64,000 bases of DNA from Planctomycetota bacterium (GTDB lineage Bacteria; Planctomycetota; SZUA-567; H5-PLA8), in contig BTVV01000009.1 in the NCBI GenBank assembly GCA_045863855.1, forward strand, positions 1 to 64,000. Reading direction: 5' to 3'. Positions 8,118 through 18,722 of the stretch are shown here, piece after piece; the stretch's first letter is position 1, and every line of letters starts with the position of its first letter. The notes beneath the pieces are model-generated. The model saw only the letters and a program-made list of their open reading frames with translations. It made no database searches and was not told where the DNA came from. The position numbers and the translations under genes are program-made.

Positions 8118-11100
8118 ATGCGTATGGCGTCCGAGCAGCGTTCATCGGTTGACGAGAGCGGCGCACACGGCGCGACGCCGTATCCCAACAGCTTGCGCTG
8201 GCGGGCGACGCTGGCTGTGGCGGCCCTGCTTGCGCTGACGCTGGGCGGCGCGGGTTTGTTGAACATGGCGCTGATGCGCCGTCAGGCGCTGGCGGAGCAG
8301 CGGCGCGCGGCGGAGGTGCTGGCGAGCGGGTTCGCGCGTGCTGCGGAAGGTCCGCTCCTGGCAGAAGACGACGAACGGCTGGAGCGCTTGATCGAGCGTC
8401 TGCACCGCGATCCGATGCTGGCCTTCGCTGCGGTTCAAGACGCGGAGGGGAATTTCCGCGCGGAAGCGGCATCGCGTCCGGAAGCCTGGACTCGGTTCGC
8501 GTCGACGGGGCAGGAGGACGAGACGTTCCTCCTGGCGAAGGCGCCGATCGGCGCGGACGGTACGGCTGGCTGGCTGGTGGTGGGCTGGTCGACGGAACCG
8601 CTATACGCGGCGCAGACGCGTCAGGCGCTATGGACGCTGGCGCTGGTTTGCGTGCTTGGCGCGCTGGGCACGCTGGCGGCGTACGTGGCAGTGGGGCGGT
8701 TCGCGCTGCGGCTGGGGCGGCTGGCGCGGGCGAGCGCCGAACTGGAGCGCGGGGATTTTTCGCGGGCGGTGGAATCGGATTCGGAGGACGAACTGGGCCG
8801 GCTGGCCGTCGCGTTCGATTCGATGCGCGAGGCGGTGCGGCAGCGCGACGGGGCGCTGCGCGAACAAGCCGAAAGCTTGCAGCGTACGGTGGCCGAGCGC
8901 ACGCGGGATCTTGAATTCCGGGCGCGCTTCGAGGAACTGGTGGCGGCGATCTCGACGGAGTTCATCAGCCTGCCGACCGAGAAGATCGACGCCGCGATCT
9001 CGGATGCGCTGGGGCGGATCGCGGAGCTGATCGAGGTGGACCGTTCGTGCGTGGCGTTGTTCGATACGGCGTTTACGAAAGGCACGATCACGCACGATTA
9101 CGCGCGCGAAGGATTGCGCCCGCTGAGCCAGCCGGAGCGCGAGCTTCCGCTGGAACCGTTCCCCTGGTTCAAGGACCGCCTGCTGCGGCTGGAGAGCGTC
9201 CGGCTGGAATCACCGGACGACCTGCCGTCGGATGCGCAAGCCGAGCGCGGCGTGCTGGCGTCGCGCGGGGCGGAATCGGTGCTGGTCATCCCGATGCTTT
9301 GCGCGGGGCGGCTGGTGGGGGCGGTATTTTTCGATACGGTGGGCCGGCGGCTGGCCTGGCGTGAAAATCTGGTGGCGCTGCTGCGCATCGCGGGCGAGAC
9401 GTTCGCGAACGCGCTGGAGCGCAAGCGGACCGAGCAGGCGCTGCGGCAATCGCAGGCGAATCTGGCGAGCCTGATCGACAACACCGACGACACGATCTTT
9501 TCGCTGGACCGCGCTTACCGCTTCGTGGCGTTCAACCATACGTTTTCGGAAGGTTGCCAGCGGTTGATGGGACGCCGGCCTGAGGTGGGCCTTTCGATCA
9601 TGGATCTGGTGGGCGCGGAAGAGACGGCCCGCTACCGCCCGTACTGGGACCGCGCGCTGTCGGGCGAACGATTCGCGCTGGAACATCCGTTTGGACCGCC
9701 GAATCCGCAGCGCTATTTCATTTCGAGTTTCAACCCGATCCGTACGGAGCGGGGGATCGTGGGGTTGAGCGTATTCAGCCGGGATATCACCGAGAAGCGT
9801 CGCACGGACGAGGCGCTGACGCGGGCGAAGGAAGAGGCCGAAGCCGCCGACCGCGCGAAGAGCGAATTCTTGGCGAACGTGAGCCACGAGATCCGCACGC
9901 CGATGAACGGGATCATCGGCATGACGTCGCTTTTGGGCGACACGGACCTGACACCGGAGCAGCGCGATTACCTGGAGACGATCCGGCAATCGGGGGATTC
10001 GCTGCTGGCGATCCTGAACGATGTGCTGGATTTCTCGCGGATCGAGGCGGGCCGTCTGGAAGTCGAGACGTTGGAGTTCGAGCTGCTGGACGTGTTGGAA
10101 AGTACGCTGGACCTCTTTGCGGAGCATATTCGCGCCAAAGGGCTCGAGTTGGGCCTGATGGTCGCGGGCGGTACTCCGACGGCGCTGCGCGGGGACCCGC
10201 ACCGGCTGCGTCAGGTGCTGACGAACCTGCTTTCGAACGCAGTGAAGTTCACGGAGCGCGGCGCGGTGACGATCCGCGTGGCGGGTGCGCAGCAGGAGGA
10301 AGGCCCGTCGCGCGTGCGCTTCGAAGTGTGGGACACGGGCGTGGGGATTCCGGACCACTACCGCCCGCGCGTCTTCGAGGCGTTCAGCCAGGCGGACGGT
10401 TCGCATTCGCGGCGCTACGGCGGGACGGGGCTGGGGCTGGCGATCTCGAAGCAGCTGGTGGAGATGATGGGCGGCGAGATCGGATACGAGAGCACGGTGG
10501 GCGAGGGGACCGTGTTTCGGTTCACGCTGCCGCTGGAGACGCAGCCTACGGTACTGAGCATGCTGGACCCGCTGGCGCTGTCGCCGCTGACGGACGTGCG
10601 GGTGCTGGTAGCGGCGACGCATCCGGCGGGGCGGGATCTGCTGGTGGAAGAACTGGTTTCGTGGGGATTGCGCGCGGAAGGCGTGAGCGACGGAGCTCAG
10701 GCGCTGGACCGGCTGTGCCGTGAACGCGGCAGTTCTGACCCGTTCCGTTTCCTGCTGCTCGATTCGGAGCTGGCGGAGATCGACGTATGGAGCCTGCTGG
10801 ACGCGATGCGCGGGGATCCGGGGCTGGTGGGGGCGCGGGTGGTCCTGACCATGGAGCAGCGCGACCGCGAGGTGCTGCGTCGGGCGAAGGCGGCGCAGGT
10901 GCACGCGTGGCTGGCGAAGCCGGTGCGCCCGAGCCTGCTGCTCAAGGCGCTGCTGCGCGGCTGGACGATGACGCCTGTGCATCTCCTGCAGGTCAAGCCT
11001 GCGCCGCAGACGGCGGGCATGCCGTCGCTCCAGCGCGGGCGGATATTGGTGGCGGAGGACAACCCGATCAACCAGAAGGTCGCGGGCGAACAGTTGCGCC

Positions 11101-11831
11101 GACTGGGCTGCGAAGTGGATATCGCCGCCAACGGGCACGAAGCGCTGCAGGCGCTGGAGGTGAAGGACTACGATCTCGTGCTGATGGATTGCCAGATGCC
11201 GGAACTGGACGGGTATGCGGCGACGCGGGAGCTACGGCGGCGGGAACGCGAACGCGGGGACGGCCGCTTGCCGGTGGTGGCGTTGACGGCGCACGTGATG
11301 CCGGGTGACCGCGAACGCTGCCTCGATGCTGGGATGGACGATTACCTGCCTAAACCGGTGACGCCGGAGCAGCTCGCGAAGATGCTGACGCGCTGGCTGC
11401 CCGGCGGCGTGCCGGCCGCCGCCGCGCTGGCGCCAGCGGCGCCCCCCGCGGATCCTCCCGCCGGCGCGGAAGCCGAGGGCATTCTGGATCGTGCCTTCCT
11501 GGCCACGCTGGAGGGGTTGAAAACCGAAGCAGGCCGGCCTCTTTTGGAGCGGCTGGTGGAGTTGTTCGTCGAACAAGGGGCGGAACGGATCGCTCGGATG
11601 GTGCGCGCGCAGGAAGCGGGCGCGCAGGACGATCTGGTGCGCGCAGCGCATGAGTTGAAGGGCAGCAGCGGGAACGTGGGTGCGCGGATCTTTTCGACGA
11701 CGTGCGCCGAGATCGAGCACTTGGCGCGCGAGGGTAAGGTGGAAGAGACGCGCGGGCTGGTGGCACGCAGCCGCGGCGAGTACGAGGCGGCGGTGGAGGC
11801 GTTGCAGATTGAAGTAGGACGTCGCAGTTAA
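8118..11831 (+). CDS. Hybrid sensor histidine kinase (2 TM, HAMP, GAF, PAS, HisKA, HATPase, REC, REC, Hpt)
   Basis: H-box [16 protein letters not shown]-box [16 protein letters not shown] and GGTGLGL; REC (VAEDN...LMDCQMP...PKP); Hpt AHELKGSSG. Confidence 0.95.
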   Translation: MRMASEQRSSVDESGAHGATPYPNSLRWRATLAVAALLALTLGGAGLLNMALMRRQALAEQRRAAEVLASGFARAAEGPLLAEDDERLERLIERLHRDPMLAFAAVQDAEGNFRAEAASRPEAWTRFASTGQEDETFLLAKAPIGADGTAGWLVVGWSTEPLYAAQTRQALWTLALVCVLGALGTLAAYVAVGRFALRLGRLARASAELERGDFSRAVESDSEDELGRLAVAFDSMREAVRQRDGALREQAESLQRTVAERTRDLEFRARFEELVAAISTEFISLPTEKIDAAISDALGRIAELIEVDRSCVALFDTAFTKGTITHDYAREGLRPLSQPERELPLEPFPWFKDRLLRLESVRLESPDDLPSDAQAERGVLASRGAESVLVIPMLCAGRLVGAVFFDTVGRRLAWRENLVALLRIAGETFANALERKRTEQALRQSQANLASLIDNTDDTIFSLDRAYRFVAFNHTFSEGCQRLMGRRPEVGLSIMDLVGAEETARYRPYWDRALSGERFALEHPFGPPNPQRYFISSFNPIRTERGIVGLSVFSRDITEKRRTDEALTRAKEEAEAADRAKSEFLANVSHEIRTPMNGIIGMTSLLGDTDLTPEQRDYLETIRQSGDSLLAILNDVLDFSRIEAGRLEVETLEFELLDVLESTLDLFAEHIRAKGLELGLMVAGGTPTALRGDPHRLRQVLTNLLSNAVKFTERGAVTIRVAGAQQEEGPSRVRFEVWDTGVGIPDHYRPRVFEAFSQADGSHSRRYGGTGLGLAISKQLVEMMGGEIGYESTVGEGTVFRFTLPLETQPTVLSMLDPLALSPLTDVRVLVAATHPAGRDLLVEELVSWGLRAEGVSDGAQALDRLCRERGSSDPFRFLLLDSELAEIDVWSLLDAMRGDPGLVGARVVLTMEQRDREVLRRAKAAQVHAWLAKPVRPSLLLKALLRGWTMTPVHLLQVKPAPQTAGMPSLQRGRILVAEDNPINQKVAGEQLRRLGCEVDIAANGHEALQALEVKDYDLVLMDCQMPELDGYAATRELRRRERERGDGRLPVVALTAHVMPGDRERCLDAGMDDYLPKPVTPEQLAKMLTRWLPGGVPAAAALAPAAPPADPPAGAEAEGILDRAFLATLEGLKTEAGRPLLERLVELFVEQGAERIARMVRAQEAGAQDDLVRAAHELKGSSGNVGARIFSTTCAEIEHLAREGKVEETRGLVARSRGEYEAAVEALQIEVGRRS

Positions 11832-11906
11832 GAACGGCAGACGACAAACGGCAAGAACCAAACAACCTTCAAACGTCCCATTCTAACTTCCATCGGCGGG
11901 GCCTTG

Positions 11907-11942
11907 AGCCGCGGGGCCGGGGTTTCCCATTGCCCCGCGGCT
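11907..11942. terminator. GC-rich hairpin between convergent genes (possible bidirectional terminator)
   Basis: AGCCGCGGGGC (11907-11917) and GCCCCGCGGCT (11932-11942) form a perfect 11-bp inverted repeat. There is no clear U-tract. Confidence 0.45.
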
Positions 11943-11967
11943 GAGGTCGCGCACGGTACGGCGTCGA

Positions 11968-12525
11968 TCAGGCGATGGCCGCTCGGCGGCGTTCGCTGCG
12001 TTCGATGAGTACGAAGAGCGTTCCGGCCAGGAGCGCCAGGCCGGTCACGAACCACCAAGGCGAGACTCCGGTGAGGCTAGGGAAGGTGGCTTTGCCGAAG
12101 TCGGCGAGGTCCAGCACTCGGGGCTTGATCCACGAATAGGTCTCGGAGTAGACGCCGGCGCCGAGGACCATGCCCAGCACGGCATATAGGGCGTGGCGGG
12201 AGCCGTCGCCGAGCGCCGCGACTCCGGTGCCGGGGCAGTACCCGGCCAGCGCCATGCCGACGCCGAAGATCAGTCCGCCCAGGGCATTGGCGACGAGCTG
12301 CGCGGATTTGACGTGGAGCTTGACCCATCCGGCCTGGTGCATGCCGTAGATGCCGATGCCGCCGACTACGATGGCGGTGAGCATGACCTTAAGGACCGTG
12401 TAATCCTTGAAGAGGAACTGTCCCAGGATGGTCCCGTAGCGCGTGACGCGCGCCTTCTGAAGTAAGAAGCCGAAGACGAGCCCGGTCAAGACGCCGGCGG
12501 TGACGAGCAGCATCGAGTCAAACAT
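11968..12525 (-). CDS. YeeE/YedE family sulfur-compound (thiosulfate) transporter, half-size subunit
   Basis: Start MFDSMLL (CAT at 12523-12525); GLVFGFLLQK; GGLIFGVGMALAGYCPG motif; overlaps the stop of the upstream partner. Confidence 0.9.
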   Translation of the reverse strand: MFDSMLLVTAGVLTGLVFGFLLQKARVTRYGTILGQFLFKDYTVLKVMLTAIVVGGIGIYGMHQAGWVKLHVKSAQLVANALGGLIFGVGMALAGYCPGTGVAALGDGSRHALYAVLGMVLGAGVYSETYSWIKPRVLDLADFGKATFPSLTGVSPWWFVTGLALLAGTLFVLIERSERRRAAIA

Positions 12526-13060
12526 GACTGCGGCCCTCCTTTCCGAAGAGTGCGAATGCGGTCGCGACGCCGGATGCGAACATCGCGGCGAAGAAGACCC
12601 AGGAACTGACGGCGAGCTGGAGCCCGCCGCTGATACCGTGGCCGCTGGTGCATCCTCCGGCCATGCGTGCGCCGTAAAGCAGGACGGCTCCGCCGACGAA
12701 CGCGGCGAGATTACGCTTCCAGGGCGCCGGTCCGAAGCGCCAAGCCCACAGCGCGGGGACCTTTTCGGTGAAATGCTCACGGCCGAGGCGCGCGGCGATC
12801 CAGGCGCCGAGGGGAAGCGCGAGCACGAGGAAGAACTGCCAGTCGAACATGGGCTTCTTGGCATTGATCTCCGCGGCGTAGTACGCATTGTCCTTGAGGC
12901 GATCGGGCGCAACAGCCTGCGTGGCGAGACCGCTCAGATGGACCATCGTGGTGCTGGTGCCGAGAGGCCTATCGAGCGCCAGAAAGGTCGCCCAACTTAG
13001 GACGCCGATCAGCGCGCCGACGACGTAGGGATTCCAGCGCGGAAGCGTGAGGGGGTTCAT
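12518..13060 (-). CDS. YeeE/YedE family sulfur-compound transporter, half-size subunit
   Basis: Start MNPLTLPRWNPYVVG; YGARMAGGCTSGHGISG motif; multiple TM helices. Confidence 0.9.
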   Translation of the reverse strand: MNPLTLPRWNPYVVGALIGVLSWATFLALDRPLGTSTTMVHLSGLATQAVAPDRLKDNAYYAAEINAKKPMFDWQFFLVLALPLGAWIAARLGREHFTEKVPALWAWRFGPAPWKRNLAAFVGGAVLLYGARMAGGCTSGHGISGGLQLAVSSWVFFAAMFASGVATAFALFGKEGRSHV

Positions 13061-13064
13061 GGCG

Positions 13065-13415
13065 TCAGTCCTCCTTGCGGGTTGCAGGCGCGAGTCCAAG
13101 CGCCGCATGCTGGTCGCGCACATGGTTGACGACGCCTTCGCAGACCACCGCGCAGAGGTCGAAGATCGAAGCGTCGTGAACGAAGTAGATCATCTGGTTG
13201 CCTTCGCGCCGCGCCCGGACCAAGCCGACTTGCTTCAGCATGCCGAGATGTTTGGAGACGGACGGCTGAGCCAGACCGAGCCCCTCGGTGAGCGTGGAAA
13301 CGGAGCAGGGCCCTTCGCGTAAGCGCATGAGCAGGCGCAGGCGGTTTTCATCGCCAAGGGCTCGCAGGCGTTCGGCGACTTTGGCGATGAGCTCGGGGGA
13401 AGGGTTTGTAGTCAT
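13065..13415 (-). CDS. ArsR/SmtB family transcriptional repressor
   Basis: ALGDENRLRLL...QPSVSKHLGMLKQVGLV..RREG winged HTH; Cys in GPCSV and DLCAVVC. Confidence 0.92.
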   Translation of the reverse strand: MTTNPSPELIAKVAERLRALGDENRLRLLMRLREGPCSVSTLTEGLGLAQPSVSKHLGMLKQVGLVRARREGNQMIYFVHDASIFDLCAVVCEGVVNHVRDQHAALGLAPATRKED

Positions 13416-13423
13416 ATCTCTAT

Positions 13424-13465
13424 ATTCCTCTGTAGGAATTAAACAATATAATTCAGGTATGTCAA
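13424..13465 (-). promoter_or_regulatory. Sigma70-type promoter of the arsR-yeeE operon with overlapping palindromic operator ATTC-N8-GAAT
   Basis: Minus-strand TTGACA (13465-13460), 16-17 nt spacer, then TTTAAT/TTAATT. Palindrome ATTCCT-CTGT-AGGAAT at 13424-13439. Confidence 0.7.
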
Positions 13466-13647
13466 GAGGCCTGGAGAAAGAATGGTTCAGGTTAACTTTA
13501 TGTACCTGAAAGTGGATGTGGTATAGATAATATAATACCTTACTTACATTGTATTTAATAATGAACTACGCACGCATTTGGAATTCCAACATTTTCTGAA
13601 CGAGACCACTTGTGCGGTGTAGGTTCCATCAGGTTCAATTGATGATC

Positions 13648-14790
13648 ATGGAGACACCAGAGACCGTGGTAAGCAACCTGCGCATCGAATTGGCTCGGCC
13701 AACACCTTCTTACCTTCAATTGGAGCAGGCGCTTCGGGAGGCGATCGCATCGCGGCGCTTGAGCCCGGGCAGCCGGCTTCCGGAGGAACGGGAGTTGGCG
13801 AAAGACTTGGGGCTCAGCCGCGGGACGGTTCGCCGCGCGCTGGCGCCGCTTGAAGTGGCCGGCCTGATCGTGCGTCGGAAGGGCCGCGGGACGTACATCG
13901 CGGATCAAACGCAGGCGCCGCCTGTTCCGCTGGAAGTTTTTCTGCGCGGCTCGCAAGAAGCGAAGATTCAGACGAGTTGGATCGGGGCGATCGTGCAGGG
14001 GATGTTCGAGGCGGCTCGGCGGCTGAACGCGGAACTGGTGCTGCGCGAGGCCGGTCCCGACGCGGGAAAGAACACGGCGGCGGGTGCTTCGCTGTTTGTG
14101 GCTCCGGAGGACCGCGCGGCGGTGCGGCGTCTGGCGGCGAGCGGTCGCGCGGTGATTTGCGTGGACTTGTCGGTGGACGGCCCGGGCATCGATTCGGTGG
14201 TTTTCGACAACACGCTGGGCGCTCGCGAGGGTGTGCGGCGGCTGATCGAAATGGGCCACCGACGGATCGCGTTCATTGGAGCGCTCTTCAGGCGCGGCGA
14301 CGGATTTGTGGAATCGTTAAACGCGCACGAGCGTCTGGCCGGATACCGTCTGGCGCTGCAGGAGGCCGGAATCGCCGAGGAATTCGTGTGGTGGATGCCG
14401 GCGGATGCGAAGGATGTGCGGGCGCGCTTCGTGCCGGCGATGCGGGCGATTCCGGAAGAGCGGCGTCCGACGGCGATCTTCGGGACGGACGAGTCGGATG
14501 CGCTGGGTGCGTGGCTGGCGGCTCAGGAGGCCGGCTGGCGGGTTCCGGCAGATTTGAGCATCGCTTCGTTCCGTAACTTCGACGCTCCGGATCCGGCGGG
14601 GATCGCGTTCAGTTCGATCTGCATCAGTCCGCTGCAGATCGGCGTGCGCGCGGTGGAAGCCGCCTTGGAGCGGGTGCATGCCGCGGCGGACGAAGTGTCT
14701 CCGGGCACGCGGATCCTGGTGCCGCACCGCTGGGTGGCTGGCGAGACGGCGGGCGAGATCCCGGGCGGAGTGGCGCTCGGAGATGCGTAG
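13648..14790 (+). CDS. GntR-HTH / LacI-type sugar-binding domain transcriptional regulator
   Basis: RLPEERELAKDLGLSRGTVRRAL...GRGTY (GntR HTH); GHRRIAF, PTAIF, VPADLSI (LacI effector domain). Start is uncertain (13612/13642/13648). Confidence 0.9.
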   Translation: METPETVVSNLRIELARPTPSYLQLEQALREAIASRRLSPGSRLPEERELAKDLGLSRGTVRRALAPLEVAGLIVRRKGRGTYIADQTQAPPVPLEVFLRGSQEAKIQTSWIGAIVQGMFEAARRLNAELVLREAGPDAGKNTAAGASLFVAPEDRAAVRRLAASGRAVICVDLSVDGPGIDSVVFDNTLGAREGVRRLIEMGHRRIAFIGALFRRGDGFVESLNAHERLAGYRLALQEAGIAEEFVWWMPADAKDVRARFVPAMRAIPEERRPTAIFGTDESDALGAWLAAQEAGWRVPADLSIASFRNFDAPDPAGIAFSSICISPLQIGVRAVEAALERVHAAADEVSPGTRILVPHRWVAGETAGEIPGGVALGDA

Positions 14791-14847
14791 CCGGTCCCCG
14801 GCCACGGACGATTTTTAGAGAACGCTTACGTCGAGACTAAAAGGAGC

Positions 14848-17715
14848 ATGACCATGAGAGAGACGGCGTTTCTGGTGCTGCTTGCGCTTTCGATCGGGGC
14901 CGCGGTTCTGCGCGCGGGCGAGAGCGATGGAATGAAGCTTTTGCTCGATTTCGAAGAAGGCGCGGACCTGGAGGCGCTGAAGGCCCACAGCGAGAACATC
15001 GCGCTGGATATCGTCCAGGACAACGGCGTGACGAGCGGAAAGAACTGCTGCCGCCTGGTGGGGAACGCCGGATCGGGCTATTCGGTCATGGAGCTGCACG
15101 GAGCCTTGCTGAAGGGCTTCGACCAATACGAGTACTTCGCGATCGATCTCTTTACCGAGCGGACGGACAAGATCAACTTCGTGATGGAATTGTGGGACGG
15201 CGATTCGAAGAATTACGCGACACGCTGCACGTACGAGGATCTGAAGACACGGCCGGGGCAGCAGACGCTGCTGTGGAAGATCGATCAGCCGAAGCGCAAC
15301 GGGAAAGAAGGGCTGGACTGGGATGAGTTGCAGCCGAAGGACAAGATCCGGCGCAACGCGCTCTCGAAGGTGAAGCTTTTCTTCGTGCCTCCCAAGGAAG
15401 GCGGGAACACGGTTTTCTGGATCGACAAGGTCCGGCTGATGAAGGCCGACGCAGTGGGCGGAACGATTAAGGTGGCACTGCCGGCTTCGGCCAAAGCGTT
15501 CGATTTCGGTTCGGCGGGCGCGGCATCGCCGGGTTGGGCGGCGGTGGACGCGAAGCATGCGGGCGTGATGGGCACGAACGTGCGCGACGCGGGACGCGAC
15601 TGGCCCGATCCTTTGACGGGGGGCGGGCTGGAGGCCGACGGCGCATATACCTTCACGGCGGACGTTCCGGACGGGAAGTACCACGCATGGCTGTGCGCGG
15701 CGCCGGTGCTGAGCGAAGCAACGCGTAAGCAGCCGTTCCGGCTGAAACTGTGCGAGCAGTTGCTGCGCAACGAAACGCTGACGACGGAGCAGTATTACGG
15801 CGAGCAGGGCATCTTCCGGCACCTGCGCACGCAGTACAGCCAGCGCGAGCACGCGCAGTGGCTCGACTACGTGCTTCCGGCATTCCCGGAATTCACCGTT
15901 CAAGTGGAGGTGCAGGGCGGGAGGCTTGTGCTGGAATCGAGCAACTACCGGATCGGCGCGCTCTTGCTGCTGCCGGCGGCGGAAGAAGGCGCATTTAAGA
16001 GTCTGTGCGCCGAGTTGCGTGCGGCGCGGCTGACGTACTTCTATAAGAATATTTTCCTCGATCCTCACGAAGCGCCGAAGGCGGCGGCGGGCGATGGATC
16101 GTACGTGCTTTGGGCGCCGAACGATACGGATGCGATCCGTCCCTGGAGCGCTCCGAGCGAGGCCGCTCGGAAGGACTCGAACGTAAAGCTGCAGGCGGCG
16201 GCGGGGCGGCGAGTGGTCGCCCGGGTGTGCGTGACGGCGTTCGAGGACCTGGGTTCGGGCGACGTGGCGCTCTCGGATCTGAGCGGCCCCGGGACGATTC
16301 CTGCCGCGGCGGGGCGGCTGTACCACCAGAATTACGTGGTGCGCGGGACGAGCGTGGACGAGCAGATGCTCCTGCCGTGGACGAATATCCGCTTCGAACC
16401 GGGGATCACGTGGGCGTACTGGGTTTGGCTGTCGGTTCCGGCCGACGCGAAGCCCGGTACCTATAAGGGTTCGTTGACCTTCAAGCCGGAGAAAGGCGCC
16501 GCGAAGTCGCTGCCGGTGGAGTTGACGGTGCATGCGTTCAAGCTGGCGGAGGACGTTCCGGCGAGCTTTGGGATGTACTACGCGCCGTGGAATTTTCCCG
16601 AAGGCTTCGACCGCCGGAAGCTGCTGAAGGAGCAGTTCGTCTTTAAGCGCGAGATCGGATTCACGGCTTCGTCGTTCGGTTCGGGAAGCGTGAAGAGTTT
16701 GAAGCCGGATGGCAAGGTGGTGGTGACGTTCGATCCGCTGCTGCCTGAATTGATCAAAGAAGTGGGGATGGGCCGCACGCCCGAGCAGATGCAGATGGGA
16801 AATTCGCTGGGCATGGCGCGGCAGATCGCCCGGTTGCTGGGTCTGCGTCCGGCGGTGGACCACAATCCGGGGATCGAGTTCACTAAGCCGGAATTAAAGG
16901 GTTACTACCAGGACGCGCTGAGGCAATACAAGGCGTTCATCGAGTCGACCGGCCTGCCGGTGGCGGTGGAGACAGTGGACGAGCCGCGCGAAGTGCCGAA
17001 TCCGTGGAACCGGAACCTGGAGCACACAAATACGTACGGCGACTGGATGGAAGAGGTGGGGTTGAATTCGTTCGTGACGCCGATGGGCGACATGCAATCG
17101 GGAAAAGATTACACGTCGCTTGCGCAGCATCATCGCATCGTCTCGGTGCATGCGTGGGAAGCGTCGCGGCGCATGATCGCGGCAACCCGGGAGCACAAGA
17201 AGACCTTATGGTTCTACAACACCGGGATGGACCGGCTCTCGTGGGGATTCTACAACTGGAAGATGGAGTCGAAGGGGCGCTGGGAGTGGCATTTCTGCTG
17301 GCAGGACCGCAAGAGTCCCGAAGGATACCCGGCGGAGAACGAATGGTATTCGCCGTTCGCGAGCCAGGACGGTTTCGCGCTGCATGCGCCGTACGCAAGC
17401 TTCCCAGGCGGGATGCTCTTCAAGTCGAACTATCTGCAAGTGGCGAAGGGCATCGAAGATTACGCCTACCTCACGACGCTGGAACGCGTGCTTGAGCAAA
17501 AGCGCACGGATGCGGCGAAGGCCGAGGCGGTGAAGGCGGCGGACGAGTTTCTGGCGGCCCTGAAGAAGAGCATCCCTGAGTTCCCGAAAGTGAAGGGTCT
17601 GGCTTCGCCGGACGCGGGGGCGCTGGTGGGCGAGGGCATGGACGCCACGGTGGGGGAGTTGTGCGGGCCGTGGCAGAGCAAATGCGCTGAGTTGATCGGA
17701 AAGCTGGCACCTTAA
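14848..17715 (+). CDS. Large secreted putative glycoside hydrolase (CBM-like N-terminus, DEP-motif barrel, DUF4091-like C-terminus)
   Basis: RBS AAGGAG; signal peptide; LLLDFE CBM-like start; VPADAKPGTYKG; VDEP; WFYN; KGIEDYAYL. Confidence 0.65.
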   Translation: MTMRETAFLVLLALSIGAAVLRAGESDGMKLLLDFEEGADLEALKAHSENIALDIVQDNGVTSGKNCCRLVGNAGSGYSVMELHGALLKGFDQYEYFAIDLFTERTDKINFVMELWDGDSKNYATRCTYEDLKTRPGQQTLLWKIDQPKRNGKEGLDWDELQPKDKIRRNALSKVKLFFVPPKEGGNTVFWIDKVRLMKADAVGGTIKVALPASAKAFDFGSAGAASPGWAAVDAKHAGVMGTNVRDAGRDWPDPLTGGGLEADGAYTFTADVPDGKYHAWLCAAPVLSEATRKQPFRLKLCEQLLRNETLTTEQYYGEQGIFRHLRTQYSQREHAQWLDYVLPAFPEFTVQVEVQGGRLVLESSNYRIGALLLLPAAEEGAFKSLCAELRAARLTYFYKNIFLDPHEAPKAAAGDGSYVLWAPNDTDAIRPWSAPSEAARKDSNVKLQAAAGRRVVARVCVTAFEDLGSGDVALSDLSGPGTIPAAAGRLYHQNYVVRGTSVDEQMLLPWTNIRFEPGITWAYWVWLSVPADAKPGTYKGSLTFKPEKGAAKSLPVELTVHAFKLAEDVPASFGMYYAPWNFPEGFDRRKLLKEQFVFKREIGFTASSFGSGSVKSLKPDGKVVVTFDPLLPELIKEVGMGRTPEQMQMGNSLGMARQIARLLGLRPAVDHNPGIEFTKPELKGYYQDALRQYKAFIESTGLPVAVETVDEPREVPNPWNRNLEHTNTYGDWMEEVGLNSFVTPMGDMQSGKDYTSLAQHHRIVSVHAWEASRRMIAATREHKKTLWFYNTGMDRLSWGFYNWKMESKGRWEWHFCWQDRKSPEGYPAENEWYSPFASQDGFALHAPYASFPGGMLFKSNYLQVAKGIEDYAYLTTLERVLEQKRTDAAKAEAVKAADEFLAALKKSIPEFPKVKGLASPDAGALVGEGMDATVGELCGPWQSKCAELIGKLAP

Positions 17716-17791
17716 GGGCCATCCGTCAAGCGATCCAGACAGGCGCTTGAGACTCAGGCGGGCAGCCCAACACGAGAAAGGGAGCGCGGCG

Positions 17792-18541
17792 ATGCAGGGG
17801 ACGATGGGCAGAGCACTGATTGGCGAACGGCAGATGGAGCAGTTTCGAGAGCTGGGCTACTTCGTGACGGAACCGGCGTTCGAGAAACATGAACTGTCGG
17901 CGATGGTGAACGAGTTCGACCGCTTGCACGCGGAGTGCATCGAAGCGGCCGAAGCCACGGGCGATGCGAAACGCATCCGCTTCGCGCGGCAGCGTCCGTT
18001 CGTGGGCGAGGCGCACTTGAAGAGTGCGACGATCGCGGCGTTCGTGAAGGCTCCGGTGTATCTGGAGGCGTGCGCCAAGCTGATCGGGCCGGACGCGGAC
18101 CTGTACTACAACCAAGTGGTGATCAAGCCGCCGGAGGAGGGTCTGGCCTTCGGCTGGCATCAGGACAGCGGGTATGGGATTACGGAACCGCTGGCGTATA
18201 TCACGTGTTGGACGGCGATCGGCCGGACGACATTGGAAAACGGGTGCGTGTGGGTGATCCCGGGCTCGCACAAGCGCGGGCTGCTGCGCCACGAGCGCGG
18301 ACCGGAATCGCTGGATGCGGTGCTTGACGACGAAACCGGCGCGATCCCGGTGGAACTGGAGGCGGGGCAGGTGGCGATCTTCAGTTCGCTGACGCTGCAT
18401 AAGAGCGGCCCGAACCGATCGAAGACACCGCGGCGCGGATACGTGCCGCAGTATCACGTGCCGCGCGTGAAGCTGACCGAGACCGGTGCGTTGACCGGCG
18501 ATCAGGTGCCGGTGCTGCGAGGCGGCCGGGCGGTAGGTTGA
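17792..18541 (+). CDS. Phytanoyl-CoA dioxygenase (PhyH) family Fe(II)/2-oxoglutarate oxygenase
   Basis: WHQD, ENGCVWVIPGSH, LHKSGPNRS..PRR motifs. Confidence 0.92.
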   Translation: MQGTMGRALIGERQMEQFRELGYFVTEPAFEKHELSAMVNEFDRLHAECIEAAEATGDAKRIRFARQRPFVGEAHLKSATIAAFVKAPVYLEACAKLIGPDADLYYNQVVIKPPEEGLAFGWHQDSGYGITEPLAYITCWTAIGRTTLENGCVWVIPGSHKRGLLRHERGPESLDAVLDDETGAIPVELEAGQVAIFSSLTLHKSGPNRSKTPRRGYVPQYHVPRVKLTETGALTGDQVPVLRGGRAVG

Positions 18542-18722
18542 GGTGCCGGTCCACAAGGGCAAACGAAAGACAGCGTATGACGGCGAGGCCGCCGGATCCG
18601 CTTGAGTAAGCGGGAAGGGAATGGGCCCGGACTGTGCTTGGAGCAGGGGTGGTGGTGCAGGCGAGTACGAATACGGCAGCAACCGCATCGTACGCAAAAA
18701 GGAATTTACAAGGAGCTTGGCG

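Noticed and set aside
11968..12912. 314-aa ORF as listed in the ORF track
   Set aside because: The N-terminal ~128 aa overlap the upstream yeeE gene in another frame; the real start is most likely 12525.
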